From Phoronis australis (lineage: Eukaryota; Animalia; Phoronida), in contig NMRA01000003.1 of the NCBI GenBank assembly GCA_002633005.1, positions 1,474,181 through 1,538,180 of the forward strand: 64,000 bases of DNA, written 5' to 3'. The notes under the pieces are model-generated. The model was given only the letters and a program-made list of their open reading frames with translations, had not been told where the DNA came from and searched no databases. The position numbers were made by a program, and so were the translations under genes. Numbering within the stretch: the stretch's first letter is position 1; each line of letters opens with the position of its first letter. This document shows positions 1 to 10,520 of the stretch, one piece after another.

Positions 1-721
1 ATGGGCGTGTATTTGGAAAATGAAAATTTTCAGGCGTTTTAGTAACACGAAATAAAGGTCCGGACGTTTATTCGGAAAAGGAGGGTTTGTAAACGGAAAG
101 TCACAGTTTGGCTGACTTTGAAATTTTTCACTAAAAACTGTGTTTTAAATTCTGTGTTGATAAATGCATAACTCGCCAACACATTCTTCGTTTATAAAAA
201 TGATAAATGCTACACAAAACTGAATCTGTGACAAAAAGTTGACGATGAGTGGGCTTTTAAGAGGAAATTTCCGAATGAACGCCCATGGGCGTTTCATCGG
301 GTGGCCTATCTACGAAAAATCCCGGAAAGAGTGGAATTTTCTGGCGGCGATCGCTATGTGAATCGAGAGAGCTTTGCGGATTTTCTGTAATCTTTACGGA
401 TTTCAAAGTTCTCTAGTATTGACATTGGTAAACGAAGATATTAGAGATTTTTTAATCATCGGCAACCCCTGGGATGCACAAGAATTCAATGGGAATTATA
501 AAGACAGTAATACAGCTTAACACGCACAGAACTCCAAAGGCGCATAGTTTGTATAACGGTTTTGTAGTGAAATGACTCAACGTCTCAGACGTTCGTTGCT
601 CCTCTGATTCATAAATTACCTATTATAAAAAATGTCAAAATTTATGTTTCAAGGAATTGTGATGGAAGGTGAAATTGGACCCCAAGCAGGAAATTATGAT
701 ATTTTGGATTTTTACAAATCT

Positions 722-968
722 GGAACCCGTTCCAAGAAACCGCCTTTAGTTCATTTTCACCGAAGTCTAATAGTTGTCTCTACTTCAAAACTTGAAACCT
801 CCATATCCGGGAACTTAGTCAAAATTTAGACAAACCTTAAGCCAAAAACCTAAGTCAAACTGAAGATCTCTTTCTTGAAACAAGCTTGAGACAAATTCAA
901 GTTTCATCTTAAAATTGACTGAAATTTAAGATTTGTCTTGGCTAAGTCAGCTTTCTTGGAACGAGCCC
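722..968. mobile_element. Small MITE with terminal inverted repeats (possibly Harbinger-like)
   Basis: CCCGTTCCAAGAAA at the left end and TTTCTTGGAACGAGCCC at the right end, with internal AT-rich inverted motifs. Confidence 0.5.
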
Positions 969-3605
969 TTGAAGTAGCTCTGTTGGAAATATATGTTTCG
1001 GAGCGATTTCATCTTAGTTGAGTAAATTCGGGCAACTGTCAACAATATGTCCCATGAGCTTTCGTACGTTAATGATTAACTTATTTGCCACATAGACCAA
1101 AACACTGCGAGTGATTGGGTGAATTATTGGGCTTCCTATCCTTGTCCGGGAGTTGTGAACATTAGTCTTGAAAGGTTGGTAAAAAATCGTCACATTTTCG
1201 CAAACATCGATAACGCTATGAGAAATCCCAAATCGACTGTGCAAAAGGAGATTATACGAAATCCGGAGGTTTTATGACTTTAAATCTCTGATGAACATAA
1301 TCAAGAGTGAAGGGTACAGAACTAAACCTAGTGAAACTGTAAGTTTAATTTGACTGTCAATTGAGAAGAATAAATGGAAATCCTACTGAAATCATTTACT
1401 TTGGTTTGCCATTTTAATTAGGTTTGAGGTATAACTGGAACGCTCTAGAATATGAATGAATTAGAAAAGATGTGTGTTGAACTTTTGTCATATCTAGAGG
1501 TCATTTCATTTCCTTGTTATAATTGTCATTTGAACAGTTGAAAGGATCTGGTGAATATAATGTAGAAATATCCACAGTGTGAGTAACTAGACAAACAGTG
1601 GTCACTCGCTATGTTGTATAAACGGATAGCGTTAGAACGAATATTGACTAGACCTCAGCGTTGTTGTTACACAAAGAGATCAGAAGAAAGTCAGTGAACG
1701 TCGTTGGTTGTTATTAAACGGTTGGAACATTTGGTACAAAATGTGATGCCAGTATGGTTAGTGAAATACATGTTGAAGATGTCGGCAGGCCTTGATGAGT
1801 CTCAACACACTTGGTCGATTACTTTACCTGAACTCCTCTGCGTAAAAGAATGAACAACGATTTGAAAATCCTTCATCGTCTCAGTGTCATTTTCAATAAT
1901 TTTCATTTGAGAAAGAGTTAACTTTTGTGTCCATATTTGCTCGCCGGGGGAATTGGACTGAGTTTTTAAACGCCTGTAAACATTTTCCCTAAGACTACAA
2001 GCAGAAGTTCACTAAATAAAACTTAACTGAGCAGCATTATACCTGTGCCTCCTTTCAAAAACACGTGTTTATTTAGGCCTTTTACGGTTGTGAATTTGGT
2101 TTCAAATTGTTCATTAGTTAAAATTGGTGGTGTGACTTCTTGGCGTGGACAGAACTGACAGATCGTTCTTCCTTAAGGTCGAAGAAATATGGAACTGTCA
2201 CTTCTTTTTTATCCTAGAGGTAACTTCTAAACTGAGCAAGGTACAAGACAAGAAATATTTTATACAGGTAAATCAAAATTTGTTTTTGACAGAGTGTTTT
2301 AAGTGAAATTACCTTATTTTGATGAATGTTTGGCATTTGAACGTCGATTGATACCACGTTTGGGTCCTCGTCTACGGAACTCTGAGTAGAAATTTGCGCC
2401 AATACCATGAGCCAACACAGCGCTATCAACGTCATGTTGTCTTGACCGTTACTCACAATTTCAGACCAACTGAAACAAAGCACAGTAAATTGACGTCCGT
2501 CTGGTCACTGCACACCATCCTTATGTCCTGCATCAAACGCTCTTAGCGTTACTTTAAATCCTCCGTCACGCAACACTCTACAATTCAGTGGTCGTCCACA
2601 TCAGCGCCGCGATGTCATGAGCAGAAGATTATGACGTCGATTGGATGTTTTTCACCAGCTTTTTTCTACCTTAGTAGAAATTTTCAGGACTGGCACTCGA
2701 AACAATTGTTACAGACCGCGGCCGTCACGTCATCGATCGCAGTGTACTTTGTCTGATTAAGCCCACGGATAAATAACGACTATGATATAACTTAGCATAT
2801 CAGCGGCAGAAGAATCCTCACAGCCCACAGTTAATTAATTTTAATGACTTCGCATTACAGAGGCATTACAGCGTGGCGAGTATATTTGGATTTCAATTGC
2901 CAAAATCCAGTCTTGGAAGTGTTTTGTACTTCGGGATTAGAGCAGTTCTTCTCAAAGTAGCACTTTGTGTGTATAAGGGTTTTGGATAATAGATTTTCAG
3001 GGCGGAAAACCTCACTGCGTAGTGTCGTTTGAAATACAAGTAGGAAGACGTGGCATTGATAAAGTGACAAATACTGTGAATTCGTGGAAACTTCAGTAAA
3101 AGCTGTTTTTGAGCAAGCAATCTTGACATGGTTTCTACTTGCGTCCACGCCTGGGTGTAAACGACGCAGTTCAAAGAGACTGTCAAAGAGTTTTAATTTG
3201 GCGATAGCTTGCATGAAGGCCGTATACTGTGACAAAAGTCAAAAATTCAATGCTTAATAATTAAACAACAGTTATAGTGACCAGTGTAAGGTTTCAATAT
3301 GACGAACAATAGTCAGTCAGAATTAAAACATTTTTCCTGTGTATGGCTAGATATACCCTCAAGCACTTTATATTTCAAAAAGTTACCACATTTTAAGTTC
3401 GCATTTTTTGTAAAAAAGGCAAAGATTTTTATGCCCTTCTGGAAAGACATCATTGGACAAGAGATGGTGCTATTGACAGCTTCTTTAGCCAGCCGTTCAG
3501 TTCACTAGTAACGCGCAGATCTCGCTACAAAGCAAGACTTCGCGAGATTACGTGAGATATTGCCGTGTATTTTAAATGAGAACACGCGGTCATTGGCTAG
3601 ATTTT

Positions 3606-3785
3606 AGCGATGTCCTAGCGATGTCCTAGCGATGTCCTAGCGATGTCCTAGCGTAGGTCCTAGCGTAGGTCCTAGCGATGTCCTAGCGTAGGTCCTAGCG
3701 TAGGTCCTAGCATAGGTCCTGGCGTAGGTCCTGGCGTAGGTCCTGGCGTAGGTCCTGGCGTAGGTCCTGGCGTAGGTCCTAGCGT
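3606..3785. repeat. Minisatellite of 11-12 bp units: TCCTAGCGATG, TCCTAGCGTAGG, TCCTGGCGTAGG
   Basis: About 15 tandem units are directly visible. Confidence 0.95.
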
Positions 3786-4624
3786 TGCTGAACTCTATCC
3801 AGGTTTCTTGTTAAAGATAACGTTACAAAATTCTTATGGAATGTTCTGCATTACCATGTAATAAAACTCTGAAAGAATCGTTTGTGTTAGATTTAAAATA
3901 CGACCGAACTGCATTTCTCAAGCCAAAATGCCTTGTGAAAGGTGAAGAGAATTCATCATGTTGGCAACAGTTTACTATTAGAAGATCATTTACAATTTTA
4001 AGTTCATGAGATACTATCGTTTATAATGCAATTTTTGACTTGTATCACAGAGTTTCATAAGGAAAGTTTTAATGATATATCTATGAAAACAAATTGTCAT
4101 GAACAACGACATCTGTTTGGCCAAAAAAGGTGTCAGTGTTTCGTTAACTTTGTGAAAATCCTTTTTTCAAGCAATTTCTGTTACATCGGTGTATACTGTT
4201 GAAATATTGGAACATTGCAATTGAGTAAAAATGAGCAATTTAGTGGCAAAACGTAAAATTCCAATGATTTGGTAAATGTGTATCAATATTCGAGTTTTGA
4301 CCTATGGACTGTCAATGAACTCAGGAAACGTCATTTTATGCTTCTTGTTACTTATATTTTAATGTGGCTCTCTCAAATTATGTCTATTGATTGTAAATGA
4401 CTTTTTAGTCAGTTCAACGTAGAGAAGGGCGGAAAGTCCAGGGTTAGAAACTGGTGGTGGAGGACGGGTAAGAGTTAAATGAAGTGGACGTTGTCTCTTG
4501 AATTGTCACCTACTACACTGAACGCGGAATTTTTTTACACTGGAAAAGTACATCTAAAAATGAGATGGAAAAATCAAACCTAAACCAGGCCATTGTACTC
4601 ACAAAACCTATTGGATTAAAATCA

Positions 4625-4668
4625 ACTGGACATGTTTCGGCGTATATTAAAACGCCATCCTCAGAAGC
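4625..4668 (-). ncRNA. Degenerate minimal type I hammerhead ribozyme (Penelope-like element terminus)
   Basis: Minus strand reads CTGAGGA-T-GGCGT-tttaatat-ACGCC-GAAA-CATG-TC: conserved core, 5-bp stem II, palindromic stem III and a GUC site. Stem I is weak. Confidence 0.6.
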
Positions 4669-5393
4669 GAAAACAGCATATGTTGCTATCATGGAGATAC
4701 TTTAAATCTCCTACAAATCTGCAGGGTTCCCTGATTAATGTGGGTCCCAATTCTTTTTTTTTTTTTTTTTTTTTTGGTGCAAGGCCCTGTAACTCTCTGC
4801 CAGGGCGATGAGGGAAGGGCTAAAGTGCTTTCAGAACCAATTGATCAGTTTGGACCGAGAGTGGCTGTTCCTGTATCTGCTATATCATAGGAAGTATATT
4901 CTCATCTGGTCCCGTCGCCTTTCCCTCATGAAGTTGGAAGGTTCTCCTTGGTTTCTCTGTTAAGCTATGAGCACTGGCCTGTTGGCCGCTTGCGTACTCA
5001 GATGCGTACACTCATCATACGTTGGATTTTTGGATAGCAAGACAGTTCAGGTTGCAAAACTCTTGCTCCTATTTTGGCGATTCCACCTAAGTTTTATTGC
5101 CGCCAGTTCCTAAATGGGACCTGGCCCAGTGTGTAATGACAGTGCTATCGATTGCAAGACTATCACAGCCATAAACGGCAGCGACCATTGGTTCCTCTAG
5201 GGCTCTTGTCCCTGCTTAGCTGTCGGAAAAGGTGACAATAGACCACTTGCGAGTTGTATGAAGATCACGCGTGTAAACGCGAGAGCAGATAAAATGTCCG
5301 GAAACAGGGGACAGAGTAGGGAGAATTGATAGTCATCTTGTGTCCCACTACTGCGGATGTCGATGGCTGCGACTTATAAATCCCACGGGAAAC

Positions 5394-5470
5394 CTCGCTG
5401 GTTCCTTGCGTGCTTAGCCCAGGCTGGCGCGGCTACCGCCCCACCTAGCGGCACGCAGGAAACCAGCGAG
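5394..5470. mobile_element. 77-bp minimal MITE consisting almost only of TIRs (CTCGCTGGTTCC family)
   Basis: CTCGCTGGTTCCTTGCGTGC...GCACGCAGGAAACCAGCGAG, with flanks ACGGGAAAC and ACGCGTAAC (7/9 match, possible 9-bp TSD). Confidence 0.75.
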
Positions 5471-6615
5471 ACGCGTAACGTACTCGTGGCGTAACATTTC
5501 GTTAGTAATGAGAATTTGTGATATTAATTGTGTCATTTGAATGGTGTTAACTCACTTCGCTCTACAAAATGCCCGTGGAACATAGTTGTTAGGAAACTTT
5601 CAACAGTGACACATGATATACAATAGGTAGCGACCACGACGATAGGTTCAGCCAGCCAGCTCAGCTGCCGTATGACTACTGTAGCCAAAACACAGCTGGG
5701 AACCACTGTGTGTTATCTTCCTCGCACCACGATGTTTCGTACAGCCTGGGTAGTTCTGCTCGTCACCTCGTCGTGAAACTTCTATTAACATGTAGAACTC
5801 AGTAGGCCTAACGACCGGCGGCCGAGGGGTGGGTGCATGCATCCTCTGGGAATCGGCGACACTGCACCTTTCCCGTTGCAGTCATTCAAGTTAAAAACTA
5901 TCTAATTAACGACAGTTTCTTGCACTAATCTCCTCTATTTGTAACAAAGGCATCGTTGTTTTCAACAATAGGCTCGTGACACGTGCACTCGCCGTTTCTC
6001 GGGAGATGATAATGGCTTTGCAGTAGCAAATTCGGTTTGCTGGTATTAAAATACCAAAAATTAGTAAAGAAACCAAACCATTCCCGATAATGTGTTGTGA
6101 CATGTGAGGCAACCTCTTTGCCGGGAAGCGAAGAAAAGTAGATTGAAGACGGAATCGCCGGGAGAAAAAAGAAATTGGCCAATTTGTGACTCAATATTTC
6201 ATGGCCCCGAAGGCCCACACAAAAGATTCTAACACAACTTAGCAGCAGAATAACTGTAGAAAGCCAATTTTCCAACACTGGTAAATAATTCAGTTTACCC
6301 AAGGAAGAGTGTAGTTTTTAGTGACACTAATTTTGTGTCAGATTTTATTTGGTCAGTTTTTAACCTATATGGACGCAAAGCTTTGCACAATGGCTACACA
6401 AAGTGGTATTTAGGTGTATTTTGACGACAGAATCCGCGATCTAATAACCACCGACGAAGCTGTTGGTGGCACGGTCGCCGGCGCAAAACGTTCTCTTAAC
6501 ACTTAAAATAATAAAATATCTAACACCAGACGAATGAGGCTACATACAACACAACGACAAATATGGCAGGTTCTGTCCCCCAGCCCGTGACGTCATAACT
6601 GTTTACAACAACCGC

Positions 6616-7093
6616 GATTGGCTAGTCGAATTCTCAACAAGCAGCGCTTGACGCAAATAAACTGGCATCATAGATACTCTATGGTCTGTTGTACAGGCAA
6701 ATCGGTGCTTAAAATTAATGTTCAGGAAATGTGAATCCTAGAAATTGTGGTTGCGCCTTTTCGGAATGCATCTTTCTACTGTCGATGACTTTTTTGTTTA
6801 AGGTACTGTCCTGTATTCATACAGTATGAATAACACACCGTTTAAATCGGCCAGATATGTGTAAAATGTACATGTATGTGCTTCAAACACGCGGATATTA
6901 AACATCACTGCAGAAACGAAATTGTTGCTGCGACGCCACTTGCTTGACAAGGCTAAAAATCGTTCATAGACCGCCATTTTTTCAAGGTGTTGTAAAGCTA
7001 ACCAATGACTGCTGAGGTTACATCAACCAATACTAAAGCGCGTGCCACTGCGTGATACCTGCGTGCTGGCTAGGCACGCAGGAGACCAGCGAG
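6616..7093 (+). mobile_element. Truncated copy of the ~580-bp CTCGCTGGTTCC-TIR MITE
   Basis: Colinear with about 55885-56372 and ends in GGCACGCAGGAGACCAGCGAG. Confidence 0.8.
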
Positions 7094-7606
7094 AATCTTG
7101 ACCAAGCACCTTCAGACTTACATTCCGCTGCGGCTGACGTCACACGGTCGGTGTAAAATTAGCCAGAGGTCACGAGAGTTCATGAACCAAAAAGTGTATG
7201 TCTCTCAGTGGCGTATTAGGTTGAAATCCAACCACCCATATTTTTAAATTATTCGTGAATTGTACATGATGCACATGTTAAGTTCCATTCTTTTAGATGT
7301 TTTCGGTCTTCAGTGTTTCGTTAGCCAACAACGGTCGAAGCGGCTGTAATATTTTATGTAGGCCTACTATCAACACTAAGGCAAAAGAGACTGGTTTCAT
7401 ATATTTATATGCGCTAACTGCGAAGCGATACCGAAGCTAGTCACAAGTTACAGTGAAACAACACGTGTAGATGAGATAAAAGGTCACATATATTATGACA
7501 AACTAAACTACTACTACAGATATCGGAAATTACAAAAGTTATATAATATGTTGAACTGTAAAGGTGGGTGACAATCTGCCAAAGATGCAGCAGAAAGATG
7601 CATCCG

Positions 7607-7905
7607 CCCACGGTGTTACCAGATAGAGTAGTCTAAGTGAGAACCACTGGTGCAGTGTAAACTGAAGTAAGCACCCAAGGTGTTGCCAGATAGAGTAATC
7701 TAAGTGAGAACCACTGGTGAAGTGTAAACTGAAGTAAGCACCCAAGGTGTTACCAGATAGACTGGTCTGAATGGCCGGACCAAGCCGTATGAAGGGTAAA
7801 CTGAAGTAGGCACCCAAGGTGCTACCAGACAGAGTAGTCCGTGTAAGGGGACCACTGCATTGACGTAGTAAACTGAAGTAAACACCCAGTGGGTTACCGG
7901 ACAGT
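7607..7905. repeat. Tandem array of about 4.5 units of 67-72 bp
   Basis: Recurring CCCAAGGTGTTACCAGATAGAGT...GTAAACTGAAGTAAGCA units start at 7607, 7674, 7741, 7813 and 7885. Confidence 0.9.
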
Positions 7906-8037
7906 CGTACCTGAAAGTAATGTATAATCTGTGAAAGAAGAAGATGTGAAAGGGGGCCGAGGAATGGGGCCGTAAGATAATAACGTGCATACTGAAAATA
8001 TACAAGGAATTAAATGGGGGTATGAGATAAGGGAGAA

Positions 8038-8650
8038 TTATGAGAGGAGACCCAGGCGGCGGAGGTGATGTCCGAAAGCGAAGCGGACGCTGAGAGCTTG
8101 CTTGCGGATGCCTGAAGGGTTAAGGTGAATGAGGTCGGGGCGGTAAAGTTGTAAAGGGTCTTGCCAGAACCCGACCCTATGGGTCCAAAGGAAGACTGTG
8201 GGATGGTCGGCGAGGAGGCGTTTGAGGTGAAAGTTAAGGGATTGGCCAACGCGTTTTAAAAGTACCGTCATCGTGCAAACGGAGGAACACCATGCCGATG
8301 ATGACCGACTGCACAGAAGGGTAAGACTGGAGGATAGACTCGGTAAACGAAATTAGGTCATGGGCCAGAAACAAAGGGTGAGACTGGGGATGAGACAGAT
8401 CGTTTCCGGCGATCTGTAGGAACACTAGAGTGGCCAAGAATTGGGCGATGTCTGGGGTTAAATGACGAACGGAACGAGGGTCAGGGGCGAGTGTGGCCCT
8501 GGACAACCCTAAGGAGTGGATGAATACAGAGGACTCGTGGAAACCCAGATTGGTCGGCAGACCCGGATGGTCGGTCGCCGAAGGCGAATTAAGATATGCG
8601 TCCAGCCAACGCACACAAGAACTGTCCGAAATCAAACAACTAGGTGGCAT
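8038..8650 (-). pseudogene. Frameshifted SGNH/GDSL hydrolase ORF, retroelement type (Ngaro/DIRS-like or LINE ORF1 esterase)
   Basis: Block I-like LISDSSCVRWL, block III VFLQIAGNDL, then after a frameshift FLWTHRVGFW and block V DLIHLNPSG. Confidence 0.7.
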
Positions 8651-9216
8651 GTTTAGTCCAGAACGAAGCAGGAAACAAGGTACAATACCTTAATGAGATG
8701 AAGAGACGGAGAGTGTTGAAACTTCAAAGAGAAATTGAGTGAAAACTGAAATTTGGAGAGATTTGTGGACGATGGCCCAGTGTTGCAACAAGACAATTAA
8801 GAGATCACGTGGTCATGTTGGTGGCCATGATTAATAGCTGCTGACAGTATAAACAAAGAGAGAATCCAGGTCGCTCGCTAGGCACGTAGGGGACCAGCGT
8901 AAGTAGGTTGTTGTGCTAGGTCAAGATTCTGTCAGATTTTCCATCAGAATGTCACATGACTGTGAGCGCTATCTGTCACTAAAGCGTCATTGCATCCAGC
9001 GCCATCTGTTTGTGGTAAAGGCTTTAGATGAGCGGGTACCTTAGGCACTGAACAGTTCTCATAGGGGTTTGCCTATCAGAACACACGTCAATGGATTCTT
9101 TACCTTTTCTTCACGCTGTCAAAAACTGCATGCAAATAAAGAAAAGTTTTGAGTCATTTCACGTCACAAGCCCTACAGATGCGCACAGAAATTTTGTTCT
9201 CTCTTGTATTGTTTGA

Positions 9217-9597
9217 CCCTTTCACTCCCAGTGGAAACCAAGCTAGACTAAGAAAAATAAGGGCAAAAATGCAAAATCGGCACTTATCACCCCAAAACCA
9301 CAACTTCCAAGCCAACATTAGATTTCGGAAGCAAATTTCCTACCGATTCCAAAAATGTGGTCCAAAAGTACTGTCAACCAACTAGTTTTTTTGCAAATTT
9401 GGCTTGTTTGAGGGCTACCTGAAATCGCGACCAATTTCTCAGTTTTACACAGCAATGCACAATTGCAACAGGAAACCACAATCTTGAAGAATAATGCAGC
9501 AAACAAACCACATTCACTTGGCCTACATACAATACCTAACAAAAAATGCCCCCAAGCCTGGCCTACCCCTAGATTTTGATATTTTGGGAGTGAAAAT
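9217..9597. mobile_element. Degenerate piggyBac-like MITE
   Basis: TTGA-CCCTTTCACTCCCA at the left end and TGGGAGTGAAA at the right end. Confidence 0.35.
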
Positions 9598-10129
9598 TGG
9601 CCGCGGCCGCAGTGTAACTGTTCAGTGGCACCATTCGTTGTTTGCCCAGCGCAGTGTTGTCATTGTCGTACCTGTTGAGCAGCTCCACTAGAACGGCCAT
9701 GGCAGTTCCTCCCCTATCGGCAACTTGGACAATAGATTCCAGCTCCAGACTGGTCATTACTAACTTTAGAAATGTCAGTGTAACGAAGCACGTCATTCTT
9801 GGTTCTGCTATAGGACGCCCGTAAGCAACTTTCCGTCAAGAAATTGTTTGTATGATGTAAAAATTTGATTTGAACGTTTCTAAGCATAATTTTGTTCAAT
9901 ATTTGCCCTGTTGTAGTTACATGCATTATGTTATTATACACGTGTGATTTCTTTGTCCAGCAGAATCAGGCCGGATGTGAGTTTTTACTTACTGACCATT
10001 ACATCTGAGACGAAGCGTCGCACGTGTCTTTCGCCCTCAAGGTATATGTATGGTGGTGGTAGGCCAACACGGCAGCACTAAGCGCTGCCGGCCGGGAAAG
10101 CAAAGGGTGGTGCACAAACAAGGTAGACG

Positions 10130-10520
10130 CTGCAATTGAATGTTTGTTGATATTTGTACTCTGTTTCAATGCCGTTAACCATATCGGCACAGCATATGAC
10201 ATGATATGCCGGATAATTAGGGCTGTGTAAATCCAAAGCATATTCTTGGGAGACATTCCCCAAGTGCCCGGCATTCACCACAATACTGCATCTCACCAGC
10301 GGAGATTTGACTTTCGAGATTTTTTCCTTGATATGCGATGTCCAAGAAAGGCGATTGTCTAGAATGACACATAGACCTTGTCTACAAAATGAAGATGGCT
10401 ACCTCTCAACATTAAAGGCCAGATTGCCCATTTATGCTTCCAATTGAATATAATCACTTTTGCTTTGTTGCCATGCTCCGAACTTCTAAGCCAACTGTCT
10501 TGGCTTATGTGGATGTCGTA
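10130..10520 (-). mobile_element. LOA/R1-like LINE ORF2 fragment (post-RT region), frameshifted
   Basis: VILDNRLSWTSHIKEKI...TWGMSPKNMLWIYTALI.RHIMSYAVPIW, a typical LOA/R1 post-RT motif. Confidence 0.75.

Noticed and set aside
632-3508. Short ORFs from the track in the first 3.5 kb, and most other ORFs under 130 aa
   Set aside because: No recognisable motifs, many non-ATG starts, and lengths expected by chance.
3606-7905. Tandem arrays at 3.6 kb and 7.6-7.9 kb as CRISPR arrays
   Set aside because: The units are contiguous without unique spacers, there are no cas genes and the context is eukaryotic.
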